Assembly: GCA_965198225.1 (NCBI GenBank)
Contig: CBDAOY010000006.1
Location: 768,001 to 832,000 of the forward strand
Origin: Terriglobia bacterium
Lineage (GTDB): Bacteria; Acidobacteriota; Terriglobia; 20CM-2-55-15
Direction: 5' to 3'
DNA: 64,000 nt
Made by a program: the position numbers and the translations under genes. Shown here one piece after another: positions 10,476 to 20,155 of this stretch. The notes under the pieces were generated by a model. It was not told where the DNA came from, made no database searches, and was given only the letters and a program-made list of their open reading frames with translations. Position 1 is the first letter of the stretch; every line of letters begins with the position of its first letter.

Positions 10476-10772
10476 CTAGTACCGGCCGTAACCGCCGCCG
10501 CGACCGCCGCCACCACCCTGCCTTGGGGTCTGGGGTCGCGCTTCATTCACCGTGAGAGCTCGTCCGTCGAGTTCAGTTCCGTTGAGCTGTTCGATCGCCT
10601 TGTCGGCTTCGTCATCACCCATTTCAACAAAGCCGAAACCCCGGGATCGACCGGTATCCCGGTCCGTGATGATCCTTACCGATTCGACGCTGCCGACCTG
10701 TCCGAACAGGCCATCGAGATCATCTTCCGTCGTCTGAAACGGGAGATTTCCAACATACAGTTTCTTCGTCAT
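10476..10772 (-). CDS. RNA recognition motif (RRM/RNP-1) RNA-binding protein with Gly/Arg tail
   Basis: KLYVGNL (RNP2), RSRGFGFVEM (RNP1), VNEARP, GGGGGRGGGYGRY. Confidence 0.95.
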   Translation of the reverse strand: MTKKLYVGNLPFQTTEDDLDGLFGQVGSVESVRIITDRDTGRSRGFGFVEMGDDEADKAIEQLNGTELDGRALTVNEARPQTPRQGGGGGRGGGYGRY

Positions 10773-10917
10773 TTATCTTCCTCAGGAATTAGCTGTAGGG
10801 AACTTCGAGGGCTTTGCGGGAAAGGAAGGGCAGGAACTAACAGTCCAACTACTTTCCGGACAGAGACTAGAGGCTCCGAAACAACGGGATTTGTCGCAAC
10901 TCTTGTTGCGTCAAGTA

Positions 10918-10946
10918 ACAGTAAAGGTTCCGGGTGATCTTGTCAA
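10918..10946 (-). promoter_or_regulatory. Sigma70-type promoter for the RRM gene, implying a ~140-nt 5' UTR
   Basis: Minus strand TTGACA (10946-10941), 17 nt, TACTGT (10923-10918); imperfect inverted repeat TTGTCGCAAC-TCTT-GTTGCGTCAA at 10891-10914 near the predicted start site. Confidence 0.65.
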
Positions 10947-10981
10947 ACCCCTTTGAATACGTTCGCTTCGGAGTCCGACAC

Positions 10982-12784
10982 TCATCGCTCGCGGGGACGG
11001 AGTCGGTGGACGCGGCGCGTTCCCGACAGACCCCTTATTTGAACATCGAACTCTTCGTGTCCGTGCGGTCGTGCCGCAAGCCGTTTCTGCGCCTCCGGGT
11101 CGTGGTAAACCTGGTCGGTCACGACGACGTCCCTGCCCCGGCTCTCCCTCTGAACCCTCGCTGCGATGTTCACGGTCGTGCCGAAGTAATCCAGGCTGTC
11201 GTTCAGGTTTACTGCAAAACATGACCCCTGGTGTATGCCGATCTTCAGGGTCAGTGGCGGTCGTCTCTCATGGTTGTCCTTCTCGATCCGGTCGTGCATG
11301 CCGAACGCTGCCTCGATCGCGGCCGGAGCATCCGGAAAAACCGCCATCACCGCGTCGCCGATCGTCTTGACGAACGTTCCATCCGAGGCGGCGACGACCT
11401 CCCGAAGAAGTTCGAAGTGTTGACGAACGCGTGCATAGGCCGAAGTTTCACCCAGTTGCTCATACATCGCGGTCGAAGCCTGGAGGTCCGTGAACATCAG
11501 GCAGACGGTCCCGGCGCGAACCTGCGTATCCGGCGACAGGACCTCCGATGAAAACAGCGTTCGGAACTCGGGCAGTGCGGTCACCAGCGCGGCGGTCGTG
11601 GCCTGCTCGGCTTCGGCGCGCCGTTCGAGCATCACGGTATGCGTCTTATCGGTGGAGTTACGGATCGTCAGTGTGAAGCTCGGGTTCAGTGTCGTTTCCC
11701 TCGGCCGCACACCAGCATCCAGGGTTACGGAGGCATCCCTTTCGCCACTTTCCGAGACGATGCGGATCGAGGATTCTCCCGGCAGCTTCAATGAACGGAG
11801 TCGGTAGGTCCATGGTTCCAGCTCAAGAGTAAGCGTGCGGGTTTCCCCTGCCGGGATCTGTTGCTGGACGACGACGTGGGGAGCGTTCATCGGACCGCCA
11901 CTGCAGTAATCGGCCACGTCCAGCCTCCGGATTCCGGCGTTCGGGCGAAAAGTGACTTCGACCGATTCGGCGAAGTCCGCCGTGTAGCGAATATTGCAGG
12001 CGTCACAGTGGGCTTCCGTGCGGAGGTCGCGCAGCTTTGACTCTCGAACCTTCGCGCCGCGGCAGCTCGGACAGATGACATCCCAGGACACGTCCAGCAG
12101 TCCCGCGCTCGCGGCATGGAGGAACAGCTTGAGGGTAAGCAGCCGATCCGCGCCCCAACGATCGGCGTACCGGAACGCGCGCATCCGATCCAGGTCTTCG
12201 TCTTCGGAGGTCTCGAGAGCTTTCAGCAGCTCGGGGAGGGATTGCACCCAGTCGGCGTCGCGCATTCGCTGTCCGAGAGTCTGAAGTCGCGTCGTCGACA
12301 GCCCTCGTCGTCGGACCCGCTGGAACGGGGTGCCGGCATCCCCTCCGAGAAACCGGTCGATCCTGCGGTAGACGCGTTCGAAGCGCCGACGCGAGTGCCA
12401 GCCGATCTCCCAGTAGATCAGCGGAGCCAGCGGCAGCCAGCGTGGCTCGACCGTGATGGATTCTTCGAGCAGCGTTCCTCCGTTTTCGGGCCGAAGGAAC
12501 ACGGCCATCTGGAACCTCCGAAGCGGGCCATTGTGGTAGGAACGGACGACTTCGTACTGGCGTCCCTCGATCCACTCGAAGGGGTGCTCGTCCCACCGCA
12601 CGCGCCAACCCATGTAGCGCAGTTCGCCCACCTGGTGCGAGCCCCCGTCGGACTCAGGGACATAGCTCAGCTTCCATTCGGGGAGTCCAGCGGCCTCGTT
12701 CAGCCGGCTGGTGTCGGCGAGGTAGCGCCACAGTCGTCCCGGCTCCGTCTTCAGGTGGACTTTCCAGAGGAACTTCAGGTTCAT
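10982..12784 (-). CDS. Class III adenylate/guanylate cyclase with SRPBCC-like N-terminus and Cys-rich DUF5939-like domain
   Basis: MFTDLQAST, VKTIGDAVMA, KIGIHQG, DYFGTTVNIAAR; WDVICPSC...HCDAC. Confidence 0.88.
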   Translation of the reverse strand: MNLKFLWKVHLKTEPGRLWRYLADTSRLNEAAGLPEWKLSYVPESDGGSHQVGELRYMGWRVRWDEHPFEWIEGRQYEVVRSYHNGPLRRFQMAVFLRPENGGTLLEESITVEPRWLPLAPLIYWEIGWHSRRRFERVYRRIDRFLGGDAGTPFQRVRRRGLSTTRLQTLGQRMRDADWVQSLPELLKALETSEDEDLDRMRAFRYADRWGADRLLTLKLFLHAASAGLLDVSWDVICPSCRGAKVRESKLRDLRTEAHCDACNIRYTADFAESVEVTFRPNAGIRRLDVADYCSGGPMNAPHVVVQQQIPAGETRTLTLELEPWTYRLRSLKLPGESSIRIVSESGERDASVTLDAGVRPRETTLNPSFTLTIRNSTDKTHTVMLERRAEAEQATTAALVTALPEFRTLFSSEVLSPDTQVRAGTVCLMFTDLQASTAMYEQLGETSAYARVRQHFELLREVVAASDGTFVKTIGDAVMAVFPDAPAAIEAAFGMHDRIEKDNHERRPPLTLKIGIHQGSCFAVNLNDSLDYFGTTVNIAARVQRESRGRDVVVTDQVYHDPEAQKRLAARPHGHEEFDVQIRGLSGTRRVHRLRPRER

Positions 12785-13048
12785 AAGAGGTTGCTAACGG
12801 GAAGCCGACACGTTCGCTTGCTGCGGATCAGTTCCCTTATACCGCATTAGTGACAAGCGAGTGTAGGTGCGGTCTATGACCGCACACTCCCCAAGCCCGA
12901 ACAATGTGTAGACCGTAGGTTCATAAGAGGTTGCTAACGGGAAGCCGACACGTTCGCTTGCTGCGGATCAGTTCCCTTATACCGCATTAGTGACAAGCGA
13001 GTGTAGGTGCGGTCTATGACCGCACACTCCCCAAGCCCGAACAATGTG
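12777..13048. repeat. 132-bp direct duplication (period 140 bp) containing a REP and the cyclase start
   Basis: 12777-12908 is identical to 12917-13048, separated by TAGACCGT. Confidence 0.9.
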
Positions 13049-13070
13049 CGGTCACAGACCGCACCTACAC
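13001..13070. repeat. Inverted REP doublet (REPIN-like); an additional REP at 12861-12885
   Basis: GTGTAGGTGCGGTCTATGACCGCAC-N20-GTGCGGTCACAGACCGCACCTACAC. Confidence 0.85.
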
Positions 13071-13112
13071 CTCCGGCCCCGCCGACTCTGCGTGATAAAA
13101 TCAGATACACCC

Positions 13113-14687
13113 ATGCACTTCCTCCTCGCCGCCGTTTTATTTTCTTCCTGGGTCCAGGTGCGGTCCGACGCCTTCGTGGTCAAGTCCCCGATCGGAGTCG
13201 AGCAGGCGGCCACTGTTCTGGAAGAGCTGGAGACCTTTTACCAGATCGTGGGGGGAGAGATGTTCCGGGGTGTGCGAACGCCGGACCTCCCCCTGGAAGT
13301 CCTCGTGCTCGAGAGGGAAGAGATCGAGGGTCTCGGTTCGGCCTACATCAGCGATCCCGATGACCTCAACGGGTTCTACCAGAAAGGTATCGACCGCGAC
13401 TTCATCGTCTTGTCGGCCGACCTCACCGGAAAGGTCTCGACCCAGGTCGTCTACCATGAACTGACGCACTACCTGGCGTCGCGGGCGATGCTGCGGCCTC
13501 CGACCTGGCTGAACGAAGGGTTGGGAGAATACTTCAGCTCGGCCACCATCAGCGGCAACCGACTTCAAGTCGGAAGAGTTCTGGAGGACAAGGTCCGTCT
13601 ACTGACCTCCATTGCCCTCCTTCCGCTGGAAGAGTTGTTTGCCGTCGGTCCGGATTCGTCCTATTACAACGAACGGGACAAGGCCAACGTTTTCTACTCC
13701 CAGGCGTGGGCCCTGGTGCATTTCCTGTTCCACGGCCCATACGCGGAACCTTTTCACGAGTACCTCGGTGCGCTGCGGCGCCGCGAAGCCGATCTGATCG
13801 AGTTCTTGCCGGTCAGCCCAGATCGCTTCGAGCGGGAGTTTGCCGGCTATCTTCGGCGGACGGTTCAGACGCAGTCGCCGCGGAGGATGGAGGGTCCGGT
13901 GGAATTGGTCGATGCCGTACCCCGTACGATCGACCGCGCCGAGATTGACGCCAGCCTTGCAGAAATGCTCCTCTCCAGCGGCCGCACCGAGGAGTCTCTG
14001 CCGTACCTGGAAGCCGCTTCCCACTACGAACCAATCCGGACGCGAATCGAGTACTTCCGTGGAATTCTGGCCTGGGTGGCTGGTAAAGAGGAGGCCCGGG
14101 ACCACTTCGTCGACTCGCTTATCGACGAAGAGTTCGGCTCCCGGGCGGCGTTTCACCTGGTCCAGATGCGTGAACTGGGAATCCCGGAAGTGCGGACGAC
14201 GCTGGAGCGGGCCGCAGCCGCCGGCGCTCGGGAGCCGCTCATATACTGGGCCCTTTCCGAAATCTACCTGGCGGAGATGAAGCGGATCGAGGGGCTCGTC
14301 GAGGTCGCGGCCGCCAGGCACATACCGCCGGAGCTGCCAAGAGTCCGGCTCATGGTGGAAGGGGTGCTGGAGGCCGAACCGGTCTATCGGGAGTACGCGT
14401 CGGAGAGCCGCCAGCATATCGAGTATCGGTTGCTCACGACCGACGAAACTGGACCGCGGGTTCAGGACGTGGTCATGCCCTACTACCCCGACGATCTGAG
14501 AGACGATTCCGTCCACGGCGATGTGATCCTGGATGTTCAGGTATCCCCTGAAGGCGACGTCATCGGCGTGTGGTTGATTTCGTCGGAACCGGATGTCTTC
14601 GGCAACCTGGCAACCGGCGCCGTCCGTGACTGGAGGTTCGATCCGGTCCCGTCCAAAGTCCGCGTTTCGATTCGGTTTCTGCCATAG
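13113..14687 (+). CDS. DUF1570-like gluzincin domain, helical/TPR-like region and C-terminal TonB_C-like domain
   Basis: VYHELTHYL...PTWLNEGLGEYF, FYSQAWALVHFL; C-terminus PYYPDDLR...HGDVILDVQVSPEGDV...ATGAVRDWRFDP. Start taken at ATG 13113, downstream of the REP. Confidence 0.7.
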   Translation: MHFLLAAVLFSSWVQVRSDAFVVKSPIGVEQAATVLEELETFYQIVGGEMFRGVRTPDLPLEVLVLEREEIEGLGSAYISDPDDLNGFYQKGIDRDFIVLSADLTGKVSTQVVYHELTHYLASRAMLRPPTWLNEGLGEYFSSATISGNRLQVGRVLEDKVRLLTSIALLPLEELFAVGPDSSYYNERDKANVFYSQAWALVHFLFHGPYAEPFHEYLGALRRREADLIEFLPVSPDRFEREFAGYLRRTVQTQSPRRMEGPVELVDAVPRTIDRAEIDASLAEMLLSSGRTEESLPYLEAASHYEPIRTRIEYFRGILAWVAGKEEARDHFVDSLIDEEFGSRAAFHLVQMRELGIPEVRTTLERAAAAGAREPLIYWALSEIYLAEMKRIEGLVEVAAARHIPPELPRVRLMVEGVLEAEPVYREYASESRQHIEYRLLTTDETGPRVQDVVMPYYPDDLRDDSVHGDVILDVQVSPEGDVIGVWLISSEPDVFGNLATGAVRDWRFDPVPSKVRVSIRFLP

Positions 14688-14977
14688 CAGGCCGCAACCC
14701 TTCCCTGTTTCCGAATTAAGACCAGGCTCAGCTGGTATCATGGCCTGAATACAGATCAGGCCGACGCTTAGGGGCCGACGCCGATGCTGACTGGCGTCGG
14801 TCGTAACAGTGGTGTCCGACCCAGTCGTGGAACAAGAGTTCCGAGAGACCCCAGGAAGGCCCAAGCCCCACCGATCCAACACGTTGGCATATTGACTGAA
14901 ACCGGATATCATTGTCGACCCGCCGACCCTACCGCACGGCGTCGGGATGGAATCTTTTGCGGAAGTGGGGAGCTGTA

Positions 14978-17413
14978 GTGAAACACGTCTTTTGTACCCT
15001 TCTGATCGGCCTAGGAGTGCCTGTCTTGTGCTCGCCTCTATGGGCCCAGTCGCTCGGCACCGTCGAGGGCGTCGTCACACTGCCGACCGATGCCCCGATC
15101 CACCGTGCCAGTGTGCTGTTGACCCCGTTGGGACGAATCGCGGAAACCGATGCGAACGGTCGTTTCCGCTTCGAGAACGTGCCTCCCGGAAACTATGAAC
15201 TGGCTGCTTTCCGGTGGATGCTCGCCGCTGAGGCCCCGGGGATTGCGATCACAGGCGGGGAAACGCTGCAAGTCAACATGCGACTCGGTCCGGCGCTTGT
15301 CGCGATGGAGATGAAGGTTGGAGAGTACGGCCGAAGGGCGGCTCTCGCGGGACCTGTTCCAGAATCCCCAGAACCGTCGGTCCCGTCCGCGCCGCAAGAA
15401 TCCGCCCTCGCCCCGGTTTCCGTTCTCGATGCGTCGCTGATTCCCGACGCGGTGTCCCCCACGTTGGGAGACGTGCTCGACTCCCGACTGGGCTTCGCCA
15501 GGCGCAGTTTCGGTACGGGGAACGCGCGACCCATCGTGCGAGGACTCGACAGCGACCGGGTCCTGATCCTCGAGGACGGTCTCAGAGTGGGCTCGTTGGC
15601 CTCTCAATCCGGCGACCATGTCGAACCGGTCGACGCGAGCAGCCTGGATCGCCTCGAATTCGTCAAAGGACCGTCCACGCTGCTTTACGGGAGTAACGCG
15701 ATCGGTCGCGCGATCAACGCCATCAGCAACAATCTGGATGCACGCACCGAGGCCGGTCAAGGCTTGCGTGGCAGGGTGTCTTCGGCCGTGGGAACCGTGG
15801 GAACCGGCAGCGCCTACGCCGGTGGTGGTGTGAACTTGGAATACGGGGCGCGTAACTGGCGGCTTTGGCTGGGTGGCAGTAGCCGCCGAGCAGGGGACTA
15901 CGACTCGCCTCTCGGTCCGGTCGACAACTCCAGGAACCGGATCACCAACGGATCTGCAGGATTCGGCTGGTCTGATCGTAGTACCTACCTGGGAGTCGAC
16001 TACAAGGCCGCCGAGGGGCGTTACGGAATCCCATTCGCAGACGTATTCCGTCAGCCGGACGACCCCAGCGCCGCCAACCTGGAGGCCGTGGACGTTCGGT
16101 TCCGGCGGAACAACATCCGGCTCTTCGGAGGAGTTCGCGATCTCGGCTCGGCGGTCGAGGGCTTCGAATTCACAATGAACTACGGCTACTGGAACCACGA
16201 CGAGGTGGAAGCCTTCACCGACAGTGTGTCTGCCGTTGCCAACCGTTTCGAGAACCGGGAGCTGACCTACCGGGGCGTGTTCGACCAACTCCGGCGAGGC
16301 CGGGTCGACGGCCGCTTTGGCTTTTCGGCCTCCAACCGAGAGTACCGACCCAGCGGAGAGCAGGCGTTAGCGCCGCCTGTGCGTCGGAATGCCTTCGCCG
16401 TGTTCGGGGTCGAAGAACTAGACCTCGATCCGTTCCAGCTGGAGGAGGGCGGACGCCTCGACTTTGCCGGCGACGCACTTCGGGGCGTCATTGTCCGCAG
16501 GCTCAGCCCGGAAGGGGACGAGGAAGAAGCTCCCCAACCGGCTGGCTTCGAAACGGCGTTCATTCCTCATCAGAGCTTCACCGGCGGTTCCGCCGGAATC
16601 GGCGGACGGTACGAGGTCTGGAACGGCGGGACAATCAGAGTCGATTTGACGAGTTCGTTCCGGGCTCCAGCCCTCGAGGAGCTTTACAGCTTTGGTCCGC
16701 ACGCCGGCGGCCTGACCTTCGACATCGGGGACTCGAGCCTCGGGCGCGAGCGTTCCAACGGCATCGATGTCTCGTTCCGACACCGGAGGAACACGTTTCG
16801 TGCTGGAGTGGACGTCTTCTACTACGGCCTCGACGACTACGTGTTTTTCGCGCCGAACCCACGGTTTCAGGAGGGATTGCTCGAAGCCGAGTACTTTCAG
16901 GGCGACGCCCGGTTCCGAGGGATGGAGCTGGCGATGGATTTCGCCGTGCGCCCCTCTCTCTGGCTGAACATGGGGATGGAGATGGTCCAGTCGAAACTCA
17001 AGGCGATCGGCACTCCGCCGCCGCGCATCCCACCTCTTCGAGCGACTTTTGGCCTGGACTACCATCTCAACCGCCTGCGCATCCGGCCGCAGATCGTCGT
17101 CGCCGATGCCCGCAACGACGTGTACTCGGGCGAGAATCCGACACCGGGATACGGGTTGGTCAACCTTGCGGCGTCGTACACGATTCCCCGGGAGCATTCG
17201 TCGCATCGACTTGCGTTCAACCTTTTCAACGCAGGAAATAGGCTCTACCGAAACCACGCCAGTTTGATCAAGAACCTGGTCCCCGAAATGGGGCGTGCTA
17301 TCCGGTTTTCATACGCGCTTGAGTTTGTGAGATCGCCGCGGTCTCGAGTCTCGTTTTTCGACCCCACACCCAATCAAACTGACCCGGGCCGGAAATCCGG
17401 GCCAGACCGATAA
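14978..17413 (+). CDS. TonB-dependent receptor with N-terminal carboxypeptidase-regulatory domain
   Basis: Signal peptide from GTG 14978; plug ARPIVRGLDSDRVLILEDG...SQSGDH...FVKGPSTLLYGSNAIG; barrel FRAPALEELY, NLFNAGNRLYRNH...PEMGRAIRFSYALEF. Confidence 0.88.
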   Translation: MKHVFCTLLIGLGVPVLCSPLWAQSLGTVEGVVTLPTDAPIHRASVLLTPLGRIAETDANGRFRFENVPPGNYELAAFRWMLAAEAPGIAITGGETLQVNMRLGPALVAMEMKVGEYGRRAALAGPVPESPEPSVPSAPQESALAPVSVLDASLIPDAVSPTLGDVLDSRLGFARRSFGTGNARPIVRGLDSDRVLILEDGLRVGSLASQSGDHVEPVDASSLDRLEFVKGPSTLLYGSNAIGRAINAISNNLDARTEAGQGLRGRVSSAVGTVGTGSAYAGGGVNLEYGARNWRLWLGGSSRRAGDYDSPLGPVDNSRNRITNGSAGFGWSDRSTYLGVDYKAAEGRYGIPFADVFRQPDDPSAANLEAVDVRFRRNNIRLFGGVRDLGSAVEGFEFTMNYGYWNHDEVEAFTDSVSAVANRFENRELTYRGVFDQLRRGRVDGRFGFSASNREYRPSGEQALAPPVRRNAFAVFGVEELDLDPFQLEEGGRLDFAGDALRGVIVRRLSPEGDEEEAPQPAGFETAFIPHQSFTGGSAGIGGRYEVWNGGTIRVDLTSSFRAPALEELYSFGPHAGGLTFDIGDSSLGRERSNGIDVSFRHRRNTFRAGVDVFYYGLDDYVFFAPNPRFQEGLLEAEYFQGDARFRGMELAMDFAVRPSLWLNMGMEMVQSKLKAIGTPPPRIPPLRATFGLDYHLNRLRIRPQIVVADARNDVYSGENPTPGYGLVNLAASYTIPREHSSHRLAFNLFNAGNRLYRNHASLIKNLVPEMGRAIRFSYALEFVRSPRSRVSFFDPTPNQTDPGRKSGPDR

Positions 17414-17433
17414 CGCCAGCTGGAGGAAATAGC

Positions 17434-19080
17434 ATGTGGAGAGCCGGTTTTGCGGCTACCGTCTTGGTTTGTGGTCACGCCTTCTTCTGTATGTCGCATT
17501 TGTTCGCTCAAGACACCTCGTCCGACGACATCGAGCTCAGAAGAGCCGCACTGGAAGGGGAGGTCCCTCTCACCCTGCGCCGATCTATCGAACTGGCGCT
17601 CGAGAACAATCCCGAACTTGTCGTCGAAAAGCTGAGGGTCGAACAGGCGCGGGCGGGAGTCCAGGAGGAGAAAGGCTTCTACGATCCGGTGTTCGACATA
17701 TCCGGTCTGGTCGGTCGCCGGGACAACGTCGTCGCAAGCCGGTTTTTCCCGACCGGGCTCTACGTGGAACAGGACGCGATATACGGAGCTCGCCTGAATG
17801 GAATTACGCATATGGGCTCCCGGTACGGCGTGGACATCAACTTCCATCGGCAACACTCGACATCGAATACACAATCCCTGAGTCCTCAATTCGCGGCGAC
17901 TCTGGGTCTGACATTCAGCCAGCCCCTCTTCAGGGATTCCGGCTCCGAGGTCGTCCTGACGCGGTTACGGGTCGCCGAGAGACAGCAGGAAATCTCTGAA
18001 GAAGACCTCGCAGTCGGGGTCTCCAACGTGATCTTCCAGGTGGTCCAGGCCTACTGGAACCTTGTTTTTCTGAGGGAGGATCTGGAGGTCCGAAGAACGA
18101 GCCTCGCGTTGGCCGAAGCGCTGCGCGAGCAGAATGAGAATCTTTTCAGCGCGGGACAGGTGCGTTCGGTCAGCCTGCATGAGGCGCGGGCGGGGGTCTT
18201 CGAGCGCGAGGAAGATGTCATCCGCTTCGAAAACGAGGTCGCAAGAGCGCAGGACCTGCTCAAGGTGCTGCTCTACGCGGATCTCTCGACGGTTACCTTG
18301 ATCCCGGGCGACGCATTGGACGACGTAACGGTCGACCTGGACCCACAACGCAGTTACGACCTCGCTGCGAGTGCGAGGCCCGAGCTTCTCCGGCTTCAGA
18401 GGGAGATCGAACTACGGGGCCATGAAAAGAATTTCGCGACCAACCAGGTCCGCCCACGCCTCGACTTGAACGTGCAATACGGCATGACCGGCCTCTCGGG
18501 AAGGCCCAACCGGACGCTCGTGAATCCCGGTTCTCCCGAGCTCGGCACCGCGGGCGACACGGTCGCCGGCTCTGTTTTTGCGGGGATCACGCGGCCGCTT
18601 GGCGCGTTCAACAGCTTCTTTACAGGGGACGGTTTCGACTACTGGAACGTCGAGCTGAGGCTGGAGCTCCCCCTCCGGAACCGGACGGCGGAAGCGCGGC
18701 TTGCCGACGCCAACCTTCGTCTGCGGGAGAGCGAGGTCACACTCGCGGCTCTTCGGGAGCGGGTCGTGCTGCAAGTCCGGGACGCCATTCGGAACATCGA
18801 GACCGCCGGACAGAGCGTCGATGCGGCCCGTGAGGCGGTCCGGTTCGTGGAAGAGCAGCTGTTGGCCACCCGGGTTCAGTTCGCGGCGGGCCTGACGACG
18901 AGCTATGAAGTCCTCCGAGTGCTGGACACTCTGGCCCAGGCCCGACGGCGCGAGCTGAGGGGGTTGATGGATCACAACATTGCTCGTGCTGCTCTGAGGG
19001 CAGCGGAAGGCACCATGCTGGATTACTACAACATCGAGGTCCGCGGATCCTCGCTTGCGGCTGATGAGGGATCGTTTTGA
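17434..19080 (+). CDS. TolC-family outer-membrane efflux protein
   Basis: Signal peptide; LTLRRSIELALENNPEL, FSQPLFRD, QAYWNL, RPRLDL, LELPLRNR, QFAAGLTTSYEVL. Confidence 0.9.
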   Translation: MWRAGFAATVLVCGHAFFCMSHLFAQDTSSDDIELRRAALEGEVPLTLRRSIELALENNPELVVEKLRVEQARAGVQEEKGFYDPVFDISGLVGRRDNVVASRFFPTGLYVEQDAIYGARLNGITHMGSRYGVDINFHRQHSTSNTQSLSPQFAATLGLTFSQPLFRDSGSEVVLTRLRVAERQQEISEEDLAVGVSNVIFQVVQAYWNLVFLREDLEVRRTSLALAEALREQNENLFSAGQVRSVSLHEARAGVFEREEDVIRFENEVARAQDLLKVLLYADLSTVTLIPGDALDDVTVDLDPQRSYDLAASARPELLRLQREIELRGHEKNFATNQVRPRLDLNVQYGMTGLSGRPNRTLVNPGSPELGTAGDTVAGSVFAGITRPLGAFNSFFTGDGFDYWNVELRLELPLRNRTAEARLADANLRLRESEVTLAALRERVVLQVRDAIRNIETAGQSVDAAREAVRFVEEQLLATRVQFAAGLTTSYEVLRVLDTLAQARRRELRGLMDHNIARAALRAAEGTMLDYYNIEVRGSSLAADEGSF

Positions 19081-19898
19081 GCATCCGTTATGCATCCCTC
19101 GGTCTTGGCTTGATCTTATCCACCGGCTTCGGTCCTGGTGCTGCCGCCGCCCAGGATACCGCGACGGGCGTGGTACGCGCCGAAGAGGCCGTGGTCGTGA
19201 GAAGCGAGGTCGCAGGAATCATCCGGAGCATCGAAGTCCGCGAGGGGCAGGAGGTTTCCAAGGGGCTGGTCCTGGTACAGATGCGAAGCGACATTCAGGA
19301 AATCGGTGTCCGGCTTGCGGACGCCGGGCTGTCGAGAGCCGAAGCCGCCGCGGCCGCGTCTCGAGTAACGCTTGAGAATGCACGACACACTCTGGCAAGG
19401 GTTGAAATCGCCGCCGAAGCCTTGACGGAGAAAGAGCGCGAAGATGTGGCCGATGAAGTGCTGCGGCTGGAGGCGTTGTTGCGGGCCCAGGAGGCGGAGG
19501 TTGCCGAGGCGCGCGTGGAGCGGGATCTCAGGCGACGCCAGCTCGATGAAACCCGCATCTCATCCCCTTTTGATGGAACGGTGACGATCATCCGGATTCA
19601 GAAGGGTGACACCGTGGCGCCACTCGACACTCCTTTACTGGTTCTGGTGAACCTGGATCGCTTGTACGTCGAGCTGGCGCTGCCGGTTGACGAGATCCCG
19701 AACGTGGCGGAGGGCCGTTCCGTCGAGGTTCAGGTGGAGGCTGGGGTCCTCGGATCCTCGGGTCATGTCGAAGGCGTGGTCAGCTACGTGAACCCGACAG
19801 TCGATCCCTCCAGCCGCACGTTCCTGGTCAAAATTGGAATTCCCAGTCCGTCGCGGAGGATTCGACCCGGCATGCGAGCCGAGGTCCGTCTGCCTTAA
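19077..19898 (+). CDS. Membrane-fusion protein (RND/HlyD-type periplasmic adaptor) no. 1
   Basis: TTGA overlap with TolC; lipoyl halves VRSEVAGII..IEVREGQEV and ISSPFDGTV; NPTVDPSSRTF; IRPGM. Confidence 0.88.
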   Translation: MSIRYASLGLGLILSTGFGPGAAAAQDTATGVVRAEEAVVVRSEVAGIIRSIEVREGQEVSKGLVLVQMRSDIQEIGVRLADAGLSRAEAAAAASRVTLENARHTLARVEIAAEALTEKEREDVADEVLRLEALLRAQEAEVAEARVERDLRRRQLDETRISSPFDGTVTIIRIQKGDTVAPLDTPLLVLVNLDRLYVELALPVDEIPNVAEGRSVEVQVEAGVLGSSGHVEGVVSYVNPTVDPSSRTFLVKIGIPSPSRRIRPGMRAEVRLP

Positions 19899-20155
19899 GC
19901 AGGGCCCTTAGGGCTTCGTTTTCAGTCGGCGTAAGTGTATGATTCAAGATCAGAAAGAGCAAGTCGCGGACGAGGACAATTGGGCCCGCGGCACTCAGAG
20001 CTGGGTAAGAAACCCTTGACGAGCTGTGGGCGTCAACGCTCCCTCCGTTTCCCGGGATAAGGACTCCCCGATCAGAATCTCCAGCACAGATGACCGGGAC
20101 TGCGTTCCGGCGCGTTCCGACAGGATGGATCCCTGTCGGCGCGGTGGTTGTGGGC

